The position numbers were made by a program, and so were the translations under genes. From contig CACNQJ010000001.1 in assembly GCA_902622575.1 (NCBI GenBank), positions 10,896 to 74,895 on the forward strand: a stretch of 64,000 bases of DNA, in the 5' to 3' direction. Of the stretch, positions 38,736 through 49,162 are shown one piece after another. Positions within the stretch are counted from its first letter, which is position 1, and every line of letters begins with the position of its first letter. A model generated the notes under the pieces. The model was not told where the DNA came from. It did no database searches and saw only the letters and a list, made by a program, of their open reading frames with translations. Source of the stretch: an uncultured Bacteroidota bacterium. GTDB taxonomy: Bacteria; Bacteroidota; Bacteroidia; Flavobacteriales; Flavobacteriaceae.

Positions 38736-39458
38736 ATGATTAATCTTCTCATAGATATAGGTAACAGCTCAACCAAAGTAGCTTTAACCAAAGAAAATAA
38801 AATTATTGAGGACTTTAAATTTTTTGAGCTTCATGCAGATGAAGTAATTAAAATTTTAAATAAAAATAAAATAAACAATTCAGCCTTATCAAATGTAGCT
38901 AGACCAGCACCGGAAATAGAAAAATTATTAATGGACAGAACATCTTTGTATTCAATAACAAAGAGTAGTATTCCTATTAAAGTTCCATATAGTATTGAAT
39001 CTGTTGGTCAAGATAGACTTGCATTAATGATTGCTGCTTATGTTGATTATCCAAAAGATAATGTTTTAGTAATTGATATTGGAACTTGTATAACATATGA
39101 TATTAAAAAAGGTAACAATGAATATTTGGCTGGAGGTATATCACCAGGCTTGCATATGAGAGTGGAGTCAATATCTAAAGGTGCCTTCAACTTAAGTGAT
39201 ATTTCACCTAGTTATCCAAATAGTTTGATTGCCAGTGATACGAAATCATCTTTAGATATTGGTATAGTTAAGGGAATACAATATGAAATTGAGGGTTTTA
39301 TTCAAAAATATAGCTCTGATTATTCTGATTTAAAAGTCATTATAACAGGTGGTGGATCAAAAATTTTGTCAGGGAAGATAAAAAACACCATATTTACAAA
39401 TTCAAATTATGTTTTTAAAGGACTAGATTTTCTAATTGAATATAATCAGAATGCATAA
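38736..39458 (+). CDS. coaX: Type III pantothenate kinase
   Basis: The ATG at 38736 gives MINLLIDIGNSSTKVAL, the typical CoaX N-terminus, with a later VIDIGTCITYD. The track's TTG at 38655 abuts the tRNA and is spurious. Confidence 0.85.
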   Translation: MINLLIDIGNSSTKVALTKENKIIEDFKFFELHADEVIKILNKNKINNSALSNVARPAPEIEKLLMDRTSLYSITKSSIPIKVPYSIESVGQDRLALMIAAYVDYPKDNVLVIDIGTCITYDIKKGNNEYLAGGISPGLHMRVESISKGAFNLSDISPSYPNSLIASDTKSSLDIGIVKGIQYEIEGFIQKYSSDYSDLKVIITGGGSKILSGKIKNTIFTNSNYVFKGLDFLIEYNQNA

Positions 39459-40701
39459 AATTTCAATCTTTTTTATATTAATATCCATTTTTGGTTATTC
39501 TCAGAGATCTAGTTACTCTCCTTACTCATATTTCGGTGTGGGAGAAACAAATTTTAGTGCCACTGTAGAAAATCAAATGATGGGAGGTAATACCGCATAT
39601 TATGACAGTGTCCATCAAAATATGAATAATGCTGCTTCACTATCAAAGCTAAAACTCGTCAATTATTCTGTTGGAGTTGATCTAAAAAGTACAAGCTATG
39701 TTACAAATGAAAGTACTGAAAAATCAACTGCTGCTGCTATAAATTATATTTCTGTAGCCATTCCAACAAAACTTCTATCATTTTCATTTGGAATTAAGCC
39801 CAAAACCTCTGTTGGATATTTGCTTGAAAGTAATGAGACATCACTTACTCCACCTGAATTGAACAGATTTACCGGTAGTGGAGGCTTAAGCAATGCTTTT
39901 GTCTCAGTTGGGATTGAATTTTTTAAAAATTGGGGAATTGGTATCTCGAGCTCCTATGCTTTCGGAAACCTTAACCACTACCACACAAAAATATTAGAAG
40001 ACGTAGAGTTATATACAAGGGTTTCAAGCGAATCATCTATTAGTGGCCTAGATTATAATTTTTCCTCGGTTTATCAAAAGACTTTCAATGAAAAAATAAC
40101 ATTATATACTAGTATAGTTTATCACCCTGAGGTTAGCTATAAATCTAAAAATAATCAAACCATTCAAACAATCAATCCAAGTGGAAATTTTGGGGGAGAC
40201 TTTGAGCAAATTGACTTAGAAGCTAAAGGATTGAAAAATACAAATATCAAAATACCAAGTAGTTTGAGTTTTGGGCTAGGCTTAGGCCAGGATAAAAAGT
40301 GGTTCTTAGGATTAAATTACTTAAGAACTGATGAAGGTGGATTTAAAAATCAATTAATGGGATTAGATAATGTTGAGTTTAAATCTTCACAAACTTACTC
40401 TATTGGCGGATTTTTCTTACCCAAGTACGATTCTTTCACAGATTATTTTAGAACATTAACTTACCGTGTTGGCTTAAGATTCAAAAATGGTGGACTGTTT
40501 GTAAATAATCAACAAATAAACGAAATAGGTTTAAATTTCGGATTTGGCATACCTCTTGCTGGTGTTTCAAGTGCAAACCTGGGTTTTGAAATTGGACAAA
40601 GAGGAACTAAAAAATCCAGCCTCATTAAGGAAAAATTTTTTAGTATCCGACTGGGTGTATCCTTGAATGATCTTTGGTTTGTCAGAAGTATGTATAATTA
40701 A
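39451..40701 (+). CDS. Putative outer-membrane beta-barrel protein (porin-like), function unknown
   Basis: The ATG at 39451 gives the signal peptide MHKISIFFILISIFGYSQ. The sequence has alternating beta-strand-like character rich in G/S/Y/F, and a C-terminal aromatic residue (...VRSMYN). Confidence 0.55.
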   Translation: MHKISIFFILISIFGYSQRSSYSPYSYFGVGETNFSATVENQMMGGNTAYYDSVHQNMNNAASLSKLKLVNYSVGVDLKSTSYVTNESTEKSTAAAINYISVAIPTKLLSFSFGIKPKTSVGYLLESNETSLTPPELNRFTGSGGLSNAFVSVGIEFFKNWGIGISSSYAFGNLNHYHTKILEDVELYTRVSSESSISGLDYNFSSVYQKTFNEKITLYTSIVYHPEVSYKSKNNQTIQTINPSGNFGGDFEQIDLEAKGLKNTNIKIPSSLSFGLGLGQDKKWFLGLNYLRTDEGGFKNQLMGLDNVEFKSSQTYSIGGFFLPKYDSFTDYFRTLTYRVGLRFKNGGLFVNNQQINEIGLNFGFGIPLAGVSSANLGFEIGQRGTKKSSLIKEKFFSIRLGVSLNDLWFVRSMYN

Positions 40702-40710
40702 ACTTAATTT

Positions 40711-42102
40711 ATGAAAAAGCTTTTAGTTATAGTAATCATTTTATGCTCGATAAATGTATATCCTCAATCAAACGATGATTGCCTTTCAAACTTATCAATA
40801 TTTGCAGAGTATTATAAGGTAAAAAATTACGAATCTGCTTATGAACCATGGATGCAAGTAAGAAGAGAGTGCCCTAAACTGAACGTTGCGATTTACACTT
40901 ACGGAAAGAGAATGCTTGAGAGTTTTATCAAACAAAGTAACTCGAAAGGCCCAGATGGTGCAGCTGAAGCAGAAAAATATAAAAATGATCTTTTACAACT
41001 TTACGATGAATGGTTAATCAATTTTCCAACATATAAGGGCAGAAAAATTGTAGGAGAAATTATTTCTAACAAGGCTCAGGTTATGGTTGATTACAAATTG
41101 GCTTCCAATCAAGAGATTTATAATGTTTTTGATAAAGCTTACAATGAAGACCGAGCTAGTTTTGACGATCCAAAGCCATTATACAATTATTTTAAAGTAT
41201 ATTTTCAACTTTACAAGGATGGAGGGGTAAGCATGGAAAATATTTTTGACAAATACGAAGAAATTTCTGAAAGGTTTGAAGAGGTAATTGATGGCTACTC
41301 AAAACAATTAGACAGAATAATTAAAAAGGAGGAGTCTGGTGAAGCACTCACATCACGTGAAAAGTCAAATAAAAGAGCATTCGGGATAAATTCAACTGCA
41401 TCTTCCACTTACTTAAAGAACCTTAATGCAATTATTGCCAAAGAGTCAACATGTGAAAATCTAATACCCTTGTATAGAAAAAATCTTAATGAAAATAAAT
41501 CCAATGCAGTATGGCTAAACAGAGCTGCTAGCAGAATGGATAGTAAAGATTGTTCTGATGACCCTCTTTTTGTCGAGCTTGTAGAGTTACTACATAATCT
41601 TAATCCGTCTGCTAATTCTGCATATTATCTTGGGCTTTTGAATGATAAAAAAGGAAATAATTCTGAGGCACTAAGATTTTATAATGAATCTATTGAATTA
41701 GAGACTGATAATATTAAAAAGGCTAGAATTTCTTATAAAATTGCTTCAAAGTTTAAAAGCACAAAGCAATATTCGAAATCTAGACAATATGCAAGATCTG
41801 CCTTGAACTTTCAACCTTCAATGGGTAGAGCTTATTTACTAATTTCAAATTTATATGCAGCTAGTGCAAATAATTGTGCCACCAGCCAATTTGATAAAAG
41901 AGCTGTGTATTGGTTAGCTGCAAAAGAAGCTAGAAAGGCTGCATCTGTAGACCCTACAATCAGAAGAACTGCAATAAAAACAGCAGAGAGTTATGAAGGT
42001 AGGGCGCCAACTAAAACTGATATTTTTACCGAGGGTAATGCTGGAAAGGTTATTTCATTTAAATGTTGGATTGGACTTTCTGTCACTGTTCCTGCTTTGT
42101 AA
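40711..42102 (+). CDS. Secreted TPR-like repeat protein
   Basis: 463 aa with a signal peptide. It is helical-repeat rich with A/Y/L/N patterns (e.g. AYYLGLLNDKKGNNSEALRFYNESIEL). Confidence 0.6.
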   Translation: MKKLLVIVIILCSINVYPQSNDDCLSNLSIFAEYYKVKNYESAYEPWMQVRRECPKLNVAIYTYGKRMLESFIKQSNSKGPDGAAEAEKYKNDLLQLYDEWLINFPTYKGRKIVGEIISNKAQVMVDYKLASNQEIYNVFDKAYNEDRASFDDPKPLYNYFKVYFQLYKDGGVSMENIFDKYEEISERFEEVIDGYSKQLDRIIKKEESGEALTSREKSNKRAFGINSTASSTYLKNLNAIIAKESTCENLIPLYRKNLNENKSNAVWLNRAASRMDSKDCSDDPLFVELVELLHNLNPSANSAYYLGLLNDKKGNNSEALRFYNESIELETDNIKKARISYKIASKFKSTKQYSKSRQYARSALNFQPSMGRAYLLISNLYAASANNCATSQFDKRAVYWLAAKEARKAASVDPTIRRTAIKTAESYEGRAPTKTDIFTEGNAGKVISFKCWIGLSVTVPAL

Positions 42103-42106
42103 TATT

Positions 42107-42640
42107 TTGAAAACTTATTATCAAATTATTTTTATTATAATCCTCTTTTCTTGTGAAAGCAACTTTGATGATATAAAGCAAATAAATAAACAAATAATAA
42201 TTCCAGTTGGTGTTACTGACAATTTTACATTGAGATACACAGATTCTGCAAATGTTAAGGCTATATTAGAATCTCCAAAAAATATAGATTTTACAAATCA
42301 AAACTTCCCATACTCTGAATTTCCTGATGGTCTTAAAATAGAATTTTTTGATCCTATTGAAGGTTCAACGATTGTAAGCTCAGATTACGGGATAGTATAT
42401 TACGAAACTAAAATTGTCAGCTTAGTTGGTAATGTTAAAATATTGTCAGCTGATGGATCATCAATTCAAGCTCCACAGATATATTGGGATCCTGATGAAG
42501 AATGGTTATTTACTGAAAAAAATATTGTATTTTCAGGAGATGACTACAATATTAAGGCAAATAAACTGGATGCAGATAGATCGTTTAAGCAATTGAAGAC
42601 AGGTCAGTTAAATGGAAATTTTTTATTTGAAGACAATTAA
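42107..42640 (+). CDS. lptC: LPS export protein LptC-like
   Basis: The TTG at 42107 gives (M)KTYYQIIFIIILFSCES as an anchor, followed by an LptC-like beta-jellyroll segment (NFTLRYTDSANVKAIL, GNVKI). The track's ATG at 41993 lies inside the TPR gene in another frame. Confidence 0.65.
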   Translation: MKTYYQIIFIIILFSCESNFDDIKQINKQIIIPVGVTDNFTLRYTDSANVKAILESPKNIDFTNQNFPYSEFPDGLKIEFFDPIEGSTIVSSDYGIVYYETKIVSLVGNVKILSADGSSIQAPQIYWDPDEEWLFTEKNIVFSGDDYNIKANKLDADRSFKQLKTGQLNGNFLFEDN

Positions 42641-42642
42641 AG

Positions 42643-42831
42643 ATGAAATACTATAAAATATCTGAATATTTGTATCTGGTCATTGGATTAGTCATCCTAC
42701 TAGACTTGCTTTTTTTTGAAGAATCATTTTTCGATAATTTGCCGCTTCTTATTTTTTGTTTCCTCTCTTTTGGTATGTATTTTTTTAGAAGATACTACAG
42801 AACAAAATTTAATAACAGAGGTAAAGATTAA
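42643..42831 (+). CDS. Small two-TM membrane protein, hypothetical
   Basis: 62 aa with two hydrophobic helices and a basic tail. It starts 2 nt after the lptC stop. Confidence 0.4.
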   Translation: MKYYKISEYLYLVIGLVILLDLLFFEESFFDNLPLLIFCFLSFGMYFFRRYYRTKFNNRGKD

Positions 42832-42857
42832 TAATATTTAAATGTTATTTCTTTAAC

Positions 42858-42865
42858 TAAATTTG
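42858..42865 (+). promoter_or_regulatory. TAnnTTTG -7 box (TAAATTTG) for the ppiD-like gene
   Basis: Exact match 25 nt upstream of the ATG at 42891. Confidence 0.45.
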
Positions 42866-42890
42866 TATTTTCGTTACCCAATTTTAAGTT

Positions 42891-44999
42891 ATGGCTATTT
42901 TAGGAAATCTTAGAAAAAATTCTTTTGTTTTAATTGCAGTTATTGGTATGGCATTATTTGCATTTGTTATTGCTGGTGTATTTGATGGTAGCGGATTCCA
43001 ATCACCCGACCCAATTGGTGATGTTAATGGTGAGGAGTTATCTATTAATGATTTTAGAGATCAAATGGATGTATTAAAAAAAGCATATAACTTCAACGAT
43101 TTACAAGCTTTAACAACAGCTTGGGATGAGTCAATAAGGGCAAAATTACTTAAGCTGCAAATAGATGAACTAGGTATTGGATCATCAACTGATCACCTTG
43201 AATATTTTTTATCACAAAGCCCAAGTTTTAACTCAGATCAACGCTTTGTAAACGATGCTGGGATATTTGACATTAATAAATTTTCAAATTTTATTGCAGA
43301 GCTTAAGGAACTAAATCCCGAATCGTATAGCCAGTGGAGTAACCAAGAAAGCCAATTCAATCAACAAATTAAAACAAACATTTATTTTAATTTAATATCA
43401 AGTGGCTTGAACTCCACTTTTTTTGAAGGCAAAAATCAATACCAAAGATCAAGTTCTACAGCTAACATTTCATATGTAAAAATTCCTTACTCAAGTGTTA
43501 GCGACTCTTTAATTACTGTAAAAAACTCTGAAATCTCTAAGTATGTAAAAGAGAACCCTGAGGATTACGAACAAAAAGAAACCAGAGGCATTAGTTATGT
43601 AATTTTTCCTGAATCACCTTCAAAAAAGGATGAAACTGATCTACGAAATAGAATGAACAACTTACTAAATGAAAGAAATGAGTATAATCAGGTTTCAAAG
43701 CTAAATGAAACTTTACCTGGATTTTTATCCACGTCTGATTTAGAGTTTTTTTTAAGTGAAAACTCAGATATCCCTTATGATTCTTTATTCAGACCGAAAG
43801 GTTTCTACAGCTCTGAGCATGCTCAGATGATTTTTAATTTAGAAAATAACAATACTTACGGACCATATGTTGATGGAGATTTTTTGAAAATATCCAAGAT
43901 GCTCAATAAGAAATCTGATGGCAATGTAAGAGCTAGCCATATTTTAATCTCTTATGATGGTGCTCAGGGAGCATCTCCTGAAATAACTAGAACAAAAAAT
44001 GAAGCACTTATTGAGGCAAATAGAATTTTAAGATTGGTAAAATCTAATCCAGATAATTTTTCAACCTATGCACTTGATTTTTCAGATGGACCCTCAAAAA
44101 CAAATGGGGGAGATTTAGGTTTTTTTCAAGAAGGTAATATGGTCAAGCCTTTTAATGATTATGTTTTTTCAAATCGAGTTGGTAGTATCGGTTTAGTTCA
44201 GACAGATTTTGGTTTTCATGTTATTAAAGTTGTTGCTAAGGAGGATGTTGTTTTGGTTGGAACCCTAGCTTTAAAAAATATCCCATCTGATAGAACAAGT
44301 GATTCGATCTTTAATATAGCTTCTAAGTTTGAAATTGGTTTAGGTAAAACTCCTGATATTGATAAAATTGCTAAAGATTTAGGTTTTGAAGTAAAAACAT
44401 TAACAAGTATTGGTGAGCTTGATCATGATTTACCAAATATGGAAAATCAAAGAAGGTTAGTTCAATGGTTATTTGAGGAAGAAACTGATGTGGAAGATTA
44501 TAAAAGATTTGATTTGGCCGGAGGTGGCTATGTAATTGTACAGCTTACAGATAAAAATGAAGAGGGTTTAATGTCTCCAGGTCTGGCATCATTAACTGTG
44601 CTCCCAATTTTAAAAAATAAAAAGAAAGCCAAAATTATTATTGACAGTAATAAAAATTATACAACATTGGAGGAAATAGCATCTAATAATGGTTTAGAAA
44701 TTCAAAATGTATCTGCTTTAAACCAGTCGACTCCGATAGTTGCTCAGGCAGGTTTTGAACCAAAGATAATTGGATCTGCATTTGGACTTGAAGTGGGCGG
44801 AATATCATCGCTTTTTGCAGGTGAGACAGGTGTTTATATGGTCAAATTAAATAGTTTTAAAGATTCTGATGAAATTGACTCTTATACCCCCTTTGAAAAT
44901 CAGTTAACAAATAGACTTAGATCAAATATTGATTTTAATGTTATTCAAAGTTTAAAAAAATCGGCTAAAATAACTGATAACAGAAGTGATTACTACTAA
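42891..44999 (+). CDS. PpiD/SurA-like periplasmic chaperone with a parvulin PPIase domain
   Basis: 702 aa with an N-terminal anchor. The parvulin motifs are VRASHILISY, GGDLGFF and DFGFHVIKV. Confidence 0.85.
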   Translation: MAILGNLRKNSFVLIAVIGMALFAFVIAGVFDGSGFQSPDPIGDVNGEELSINDFRDQMDVLKKAYNFNDLQALTTAWDESIRAKLLKLQIDELGIGSSTDHLEYFLSQSPSFNSDQRFVNDAGIFDINKFSNFIAELKELNPESYSQWSNQESQFNQQIKTNIYFNLISSGLNSTFFEGKNQYQRSSSTANISYVKIPYSSVSDSLITVKNSEISKYVKENPEDYEQKETRGISYVIFPESPSKKDETDLRNRMNNLLNERNEYNQVSKLNETLPGFLSTSDLEFFLSENSDIPYDSLFRPKGFYSSEHAQMIFNLENNNTYGPYVDGDFLKISKMLNKKSDGNVRASHILISYDGAQGASPEITRTKNEALIEANRILRLVKSNPDNFSTYALDFSDGPSKTNGGDLGFFQEGNMVKPFNDYVFSNRVGSIGLVQTDFGFHVIKVVAKEDVVLVGTLALKNIPSDRTSDSIFNIASKFEIGLGKTPDIDKIAKDLGFEVKTLTSIGELDHDLPNMENQRRLVQWLFEEETDVEDYKRFDLAGGGYVIVQLTDKNEEGLMSPGLASLTVLPILKNKKKAKIIIDSNKNYTTLEEIASNNGLEIQNVSALNQSTPIVAQAGFEPKIIGSAFGLEVGGISSLFAGETGVYMVKLNSFKDSDEIDSYTPFENQLTNRLRSNIDFNVIQSLKKSAKITDNRSDYY

Positions 45000-45496
45000 A
45001 TAAAATTTTCTTTATAGGTCCAAAATATATTTAAGTAGAAAAATAAATATATCAAGGAGAGACAAAATTTTATTCCAGACCCAATTAAAATTCCTATTAG
45101 AGAGCCTAGTGCGGGTTTTAATGATTCTTTAAAGTTTCTTTTATTTATCATTTCACCTGTGATTGCTCCTATGAAGGGTCCTACAAATACTCCAATTGGA
45201 CCAATGATAAATAAACCAATAATTAAACCAATTGCAGCACCGAATAAACCTCCTTTAGACCCCCCTAATTTTTTAACACCTACAATAGGAATTACATAAT
45301 CCATAGCTGAAATTGCAATAGCAATTATTAATGTAATAAGCATAAATTGAAGGTTAAAATCAACAGCTTTTGTGATGTTTAATAAAAGCAGACCAAACCA
45401 AGATGTTATTGGCCCAGGGATTACAGGAATGAAGCTACCCACAATTCCAATTAAGCACAATATAATTCCAAAAATAAATAGAAATATGTCAAACAT
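44996..45496 (-). CDS. DUF456-family membrane protein
   Basis: 166 aa with four Gly-rich TM helices (GSFIPVIPGPITSWFG, GPIGVFVGPFIGAITGE). Confidence 0.7.
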   Translation of the reverse strand: MFDIFLFIFGIILCLIGIVGSFIPVIPGPITSWFGLLLLNITKAVDFNLQFMLITLIIAIAISAMDYVIPIVGVKKLGGSKGGLFGAAIGLIIGLFIIGPIGVFVGPFIGAITGEMINKRNFKESLKPALGSLIGILIGSGIKFCLSLIYLFFYLNIFWTYKENFI

Positions 45497-45529
45497 ATAA
45501 TTTATACAATTTTTGTAAATTCATAACAA

Positions 45530-46000
45530 GTGAATATTACAAAAATAATATTAATAGCCTTATTAGTTATTAGTTCTTGTCAAAGTAATTTAAATAAGGT
45601 GGAATCAGATAATAATATAGAAAGAATCACCTGGACTAGTAATGATGAATTTCCGTCGGTAGAACTATGTAATGAACTTGCTGAGCCCAGACTGGTAAAT
45701 GATTGTTTTAAAAATTTTTTGTCGAGTGAAATTTTAAAAAATCTCAATTTATCTAAAATAACTATTGAAAAACCATTAAATGATACCGTCAATATTGAAC
45801 TTTTGATTGATAATAAAGGAAAAATCACTATGGCGGATAAAGTAATTTCCAAAAATATAATTCAAAGGATATCAAATTTTGAAATTATTTTGGATAATGC
45901 AATTGACTCATTACCTATTGTTTTGCCGGCTACTAAAACAACCCTTGGTGTCTCTGTTAATTCAAAATTTCGATTAGCAATAATATTAAAATCAAAATAG
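45530..46000 (+). CDS. Hypothetical lipoprotein, possibly TonB-C-terminal-like
   Basis: 156 aa with GTG start and leader ...LLVISSCQS. The pattern EFPSVELCNELAEPRLVNDCFKNFLS resembles flavobacterial TonB-C-like lipoproteins, but the assignment is weak. Confidence 0.45.
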   Translation: MNITKIILIALLVISSCQSNLNKVESDNNIERITWTSNDEFPSVELCNELAEPRLVNDCFKNFLSSEILKNLNLSKITIEKPLNDTVNIELLIDNKGKITMADKVISKNIIQRISNFEIILDNAIDSLPIVLPATKTTLGVSVNSKFRLAIILKSK

Positions 46001-46001
46001 T

Positions 46002-46553
46002 TTGAGACCGTCAAGAATTATATTAGGAATTGATCCAGGAACAACAATCATGGGATTTGGACTTATAGAAATAACGAATAAGAAAATGAATTTACTTCAA
46101 CTTAATGAGCTAAAACTGACTAAAATTTCTGATCACTATTTAAGACTTAAGTTAATATTTGAAAGGACAATCGATTTGATTGACATGTACAGTCCAGATG
46201 AAATAGCAATTGAAGCACCTTTTTTCGGAAAAAATGTACAATCGATGTTAAAATTAGGCAGAGCTCAAGGAGTTGCTATGTCTGCTGGTCTATCTAGACA
46301 AATTCCTGTGACCGAATATTCTCCAAAAAAAATAAAAATGGCAATAACTGGGAATGGAAATGCATCTAAAGAACAGGTCGCAAAAATGTTACAAAATTTA
46401 TTGAGTATTAAAGATCTTCCAAAGAATTTAGATTCAACTGATGGTTTAGCAGCTGCAGTGTGTCATTTTTATAATTCAGGAAATATAAAATCAAATAATA
46501 AATATTCCAGTTGGAGCTCATACATAAAAAATAATCCAGAAAAAATTGATTAA
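46002..46553 (+). CDS. ruvC: Crossover junction endodeoxyribonuclease RuvC
   Basis: 183 aa with RIILGIDPGT, IAIEAPFFGKNVQS and YSPKKIKMAITGNGNASKEQV. The TTG start is forced because the conserved GIDPG lies upstream of the first ATG. Confidence 0.9.
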   Translation: MRPSRIILGIDPGTTIMGFGLIEITNKKMNLLQLNELKLTKISDHYLRLKLIFERTIDLIDMYSPDEIAIEAPFFGKNVQSMLKLGRAQGVAMSAGLSRQIPVTEYSPKKIKMAITGNGNASKEQVAKMLQNLLSIKDLPKNLDSTDGLAAAVCHFYNSGNIKSNNKYSSWSSYIKNNPEKID

Positions 46554-46556
46554 ATT

Positions 46557-47687
46557 TTGGCGGGGATTTATGTACATATACCTTTTTGTAAACAATCTTG
46601 TTACTATTGTAATTTTCATTTTTCAACATCAGATAAGAAAAGAGGTGAAGTTTTAAATGCTATTGAACGTGAAATAGCTCAAAAGGCTAGACTTTCAGAT
46701 GAGAAGATATCCACAATTTATTTTGGCGGTGGCACACCTTCAATTTTAGATGTAAAACAAATAAATTCAATTATTAATAAAATTTATCAGGAATTTAAAG
46801 TTGAAGAAAATGTAGAAATCACTCTTGAGGCAAACCCCGATGATTTAAAATCAAGTAAAGTTATTGATTTATCAAAAACAAAAATTAATAGGTTAAGTAT
46901 AGGAGTGCAATCATTTATAGATAGAGAGCTAAAGGCTATGAATAGAGCGCATGATTCAAAAAAAGCCATGAAATCACTTGAATTATCTAAGAAATACTTT
47001 GACAATATTTCTATTGATTTAATTTATGGTGTACCTGACTCTAATTTAGAAACTTGGGCTTATAATTTGGAGGTAACTATGGGGTTCGATGTTAATCATG
47101 TTTCAACGTACGCCTTAACAATTGAGCCTAAAACTGCTTTGGAATCATTTGTTAGAAAATTAATAGTGGACATGCCTAAAGAAGGCTTAATCTATAAACA
47201 ATACAATTTAATTAATGAAAAGTTAGAGCCCAGAGGATTTATAAATTATGAGGTTTGCAGTTTCGCTAAAGAAAATTTCTTCTCGAAAAATAATTCAGCA
47301 TACTGGTTGAGAAAAAAATATATTGGTATTGGTCCTTCAGCACATAGTTTTGATGGTAAAAGTAGAAGCTGGAATATTTCAAATAACAAAAAATATGTTG
47401 AGCATATAAATGATGGCAGAAGCTATCACAAGATAGAGGAACTTACAACTATTGATCAATATAATGAATATGTTATGACTGGGTTTAGAACAATATGGGG
47501 AGTATCAACAGAATTCTTAGAAACTAATTTTAATTTAAAATTCAAACATTATTTCATAGAAAAAATTCAAAAACACATTGACCAAAAAAATATTGTTCTT
47601 AATGATAATGTATACACAACAACCAATAAGGGTAGATTTTTAGCTGATGGAATCGCCTCTGATTTATTCCTCTTAAATCTAAAATGA
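46557..47687 (+). CDS. hemW: Radical SAM haem chaperone HemW (HemN-like, oxygen-independent coproporphyrinogen oxidase family)
   Basis: 376 aa with GIYVHIPFCKQSCYYCNF (CxxxCxxC) and NRLSIGVQS. The start is TTG. Confidence 0.9.
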   Translation: MAGIYVHIPFCKQSCYYCNFHFSTSDKKRGEVLNAIEREIAQKARLSDEKISTIYFGGGTPSILDVKQINSIINKIYQEFKVEENVEITLEANPDDLKSSKVIDLSKTKINRLSIGVQSFIDRELKAMNRAHDSKKAMKSLELSKKYFDNISIDLIYGVPDSNLETWAYNLEVTMGFDVNHVSTYALTIEPKTALESFVRKLIVDMPKEGLIYKQYNLINEKLEPRGFINYEVCSFAKENFFSKNNSAYWLRKKYIGIGPSAHSFDGKSRSWNISNNKKYVEHINDGRSYHKIEELTTIDQYNEYVMTGFRTIWGVSTEFLETNFNLKFKHYFIEKIQKHIDQKNIVLNDNVYTTTNKGRFLADGIASDLFLLNLK

Positions 47688-47694
47688 AAATCTA

Positions 47695-49068
47695 TTATTT
47701 ATAAAATTTATAAAAATTTGTTATTGTTTCAATCCCATTGAAAAAATTGGATAATCCAAAGTGTTCATTTGGAGAGTGGATGGCATCACTATCTAGTCCA
47801 AAACCCATTAAAATAGTTTTAACTCCCAATTCTTTTTCAAATTGTGCAATTATTGGAATAGATCCACCATCTTTTACGGCGAATGGTTCTTTTCCAAAAA
47901 CTTCAAAGTAGGCTTTACTCGCTGCTGTATATGCTTTTGAATCTGTAGAGGTTAAGTATGGTTGACCTCCATGATGCTCATTAATTTTTATTTCCATACC
48001 ATTGGGTGTAATTTTTTTCATATGATCTGAAAAAAGAGAGCTTATATTTTTCCAGTCCTGGTTGCTAACAAGCCGCATTGAAATTTTAGCATATGCTTTG
48101 CTAGGTATAACCGTTTTGGAACCCTCTTCTGTGTAACCACCCCAGATTCCATTCACATCTAAACAAGGTCTTATAGATCTACGTTCTACAGTGGTGTAAT
48201 CTTTTTCTCCTAGTACATCTTTTATGTGTAAAGAGTCTTTAAATTCATCAATGTCAAATGGGATTTCACCATCTTTTTTTCTTTGCTCATTAGTGTATTC
48301 AATTACATTATCGTAAAAACCAGGAATAGTAACTTTATGATTTTCATCATGTAAAGATGCGATCATCTTAGCTAGACTATTAATTGGATTTGCAACACTT
48401 CCCCCATAGTGACCTGAATGCAAATCTCTATTTGGTCCGGTCAATTCAACTTCAAGGTAAGCTAATCCACGTAGTCCAACAGTAATTGAAGGAGTAGTTT
48501 TATTTATCATTCCTGTGTCAGAAACAATTATTATATCACAATCTAATTTGTCCTTATTCTCTTTAACAAAAGTTTCGAGATTATCGCTCCCAATCTCCTC
48601 CTCACCTTCAATCATAAATTTCATATTGCATGTTAATCCACCATTATTATTAAGAACCTCAACCGCTTTTAAGTGCATAAACATTTGCCCTTTGTCATCA
48701 CACGAACCTCGAGCAAAAATTGCCCCTTCAGGATGAATGTCAGTTTTTTTTATTGTTGGTTCAAATGGTTCAGTATCCCATAATTCAATTGGGTCTACAG
48801 GTTGAACATCATAATGACCGTAAACTAGTACTGTGGGTAGCTTTTTATCTATAATTTTTTCAGCATACACAATTGGATGACCTTTGGTTTCACAAATCTC
48901 ACAATTATCCATTCCCAGGCTTTTAAATTGATTAAATAGGAATTTTGCTGCATTTCTAGTGTCATTATTATGCTCTGAAACAGCACTTACTGACGGAATT
49001 CTGATAAGGTCAAATAATTCGTTTAAGAACCTTTCCTTATTACTGTCAATATATTCTTTAAAACTCAT
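47695..49068 (-). CDS. M20-family dipeptidase / deacylase
   Basis: 457 aa with VLVYGHYDVQP, ARGSCDDKGQ, IEGEEEIGS and IHSPNEH. Confidence 0.85.
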   Translation of the reverse strand: MSFKEYIDSNKERFLNELFDLIRIPSVSAVSEHNNDTRNAAKFLFNQFKSLGMDNCEICETKGHPIVYAEKIIDKKLPTVLVYGHYDVQPVDPIELWDTEPFEPTIKKTDIHPEGAIFARGSCDDKGQMFMHLKAVEVLNNNGGLTCNMKFMIEGEEEIGSDNLETFVKENKDKLDCDIIIVSDTGMINKTTPSITVGLRGLAYLEVELTGPNRDLHSGHYGGSVANPINSLAKMIASLHDENHKVTIPGFYDNVIEYTNEQRKKDGEIPFDIDEFKDSLHIKDVLGEKDYTTVERRSIRPCLDVNGIWGGYTEEGSKTVIPSKAYAKISMRLVSNQDWKNISSLFSDHMKKITPNGMEIKINEHHGGQPYLTSTDSKAYTAASKAYFEVFGKEPFAVKDGGSIPIIAQFEKELGVKTILMGFGLDSDAIHSPNEHFGLSNFFNGIETITNFYKFYK

Positions 49069-49145
49069 AATAATTACAATGTAAATTTACTTAATTTCAA
49101 TTTTTATACACAGTTAAATGATACCTTTATTTTAATAATCTTGCT

Positions 49146-49153
49146 TATATTTG
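49146..49153 (+). promoter_or_regulatory. TAnnTTTG -7 box (TATATTTG) for tRNA-Leu
   Basis: Exact match 9 nt upstream of the mature tRNA 5' end. Confidence 0.5.
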
Positions 49154-49162
49154 AATCCTTTT

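Noticed and set aside
41993-42106. ATG-initiated 38-codon extension of lptC that overlaps the TPR gene.
   Set aside because: It lies in an alternative frame of the TPR gene's conserved end. The membrane anchor of LptC begins right after the TPR stop at the TTG at 42107.
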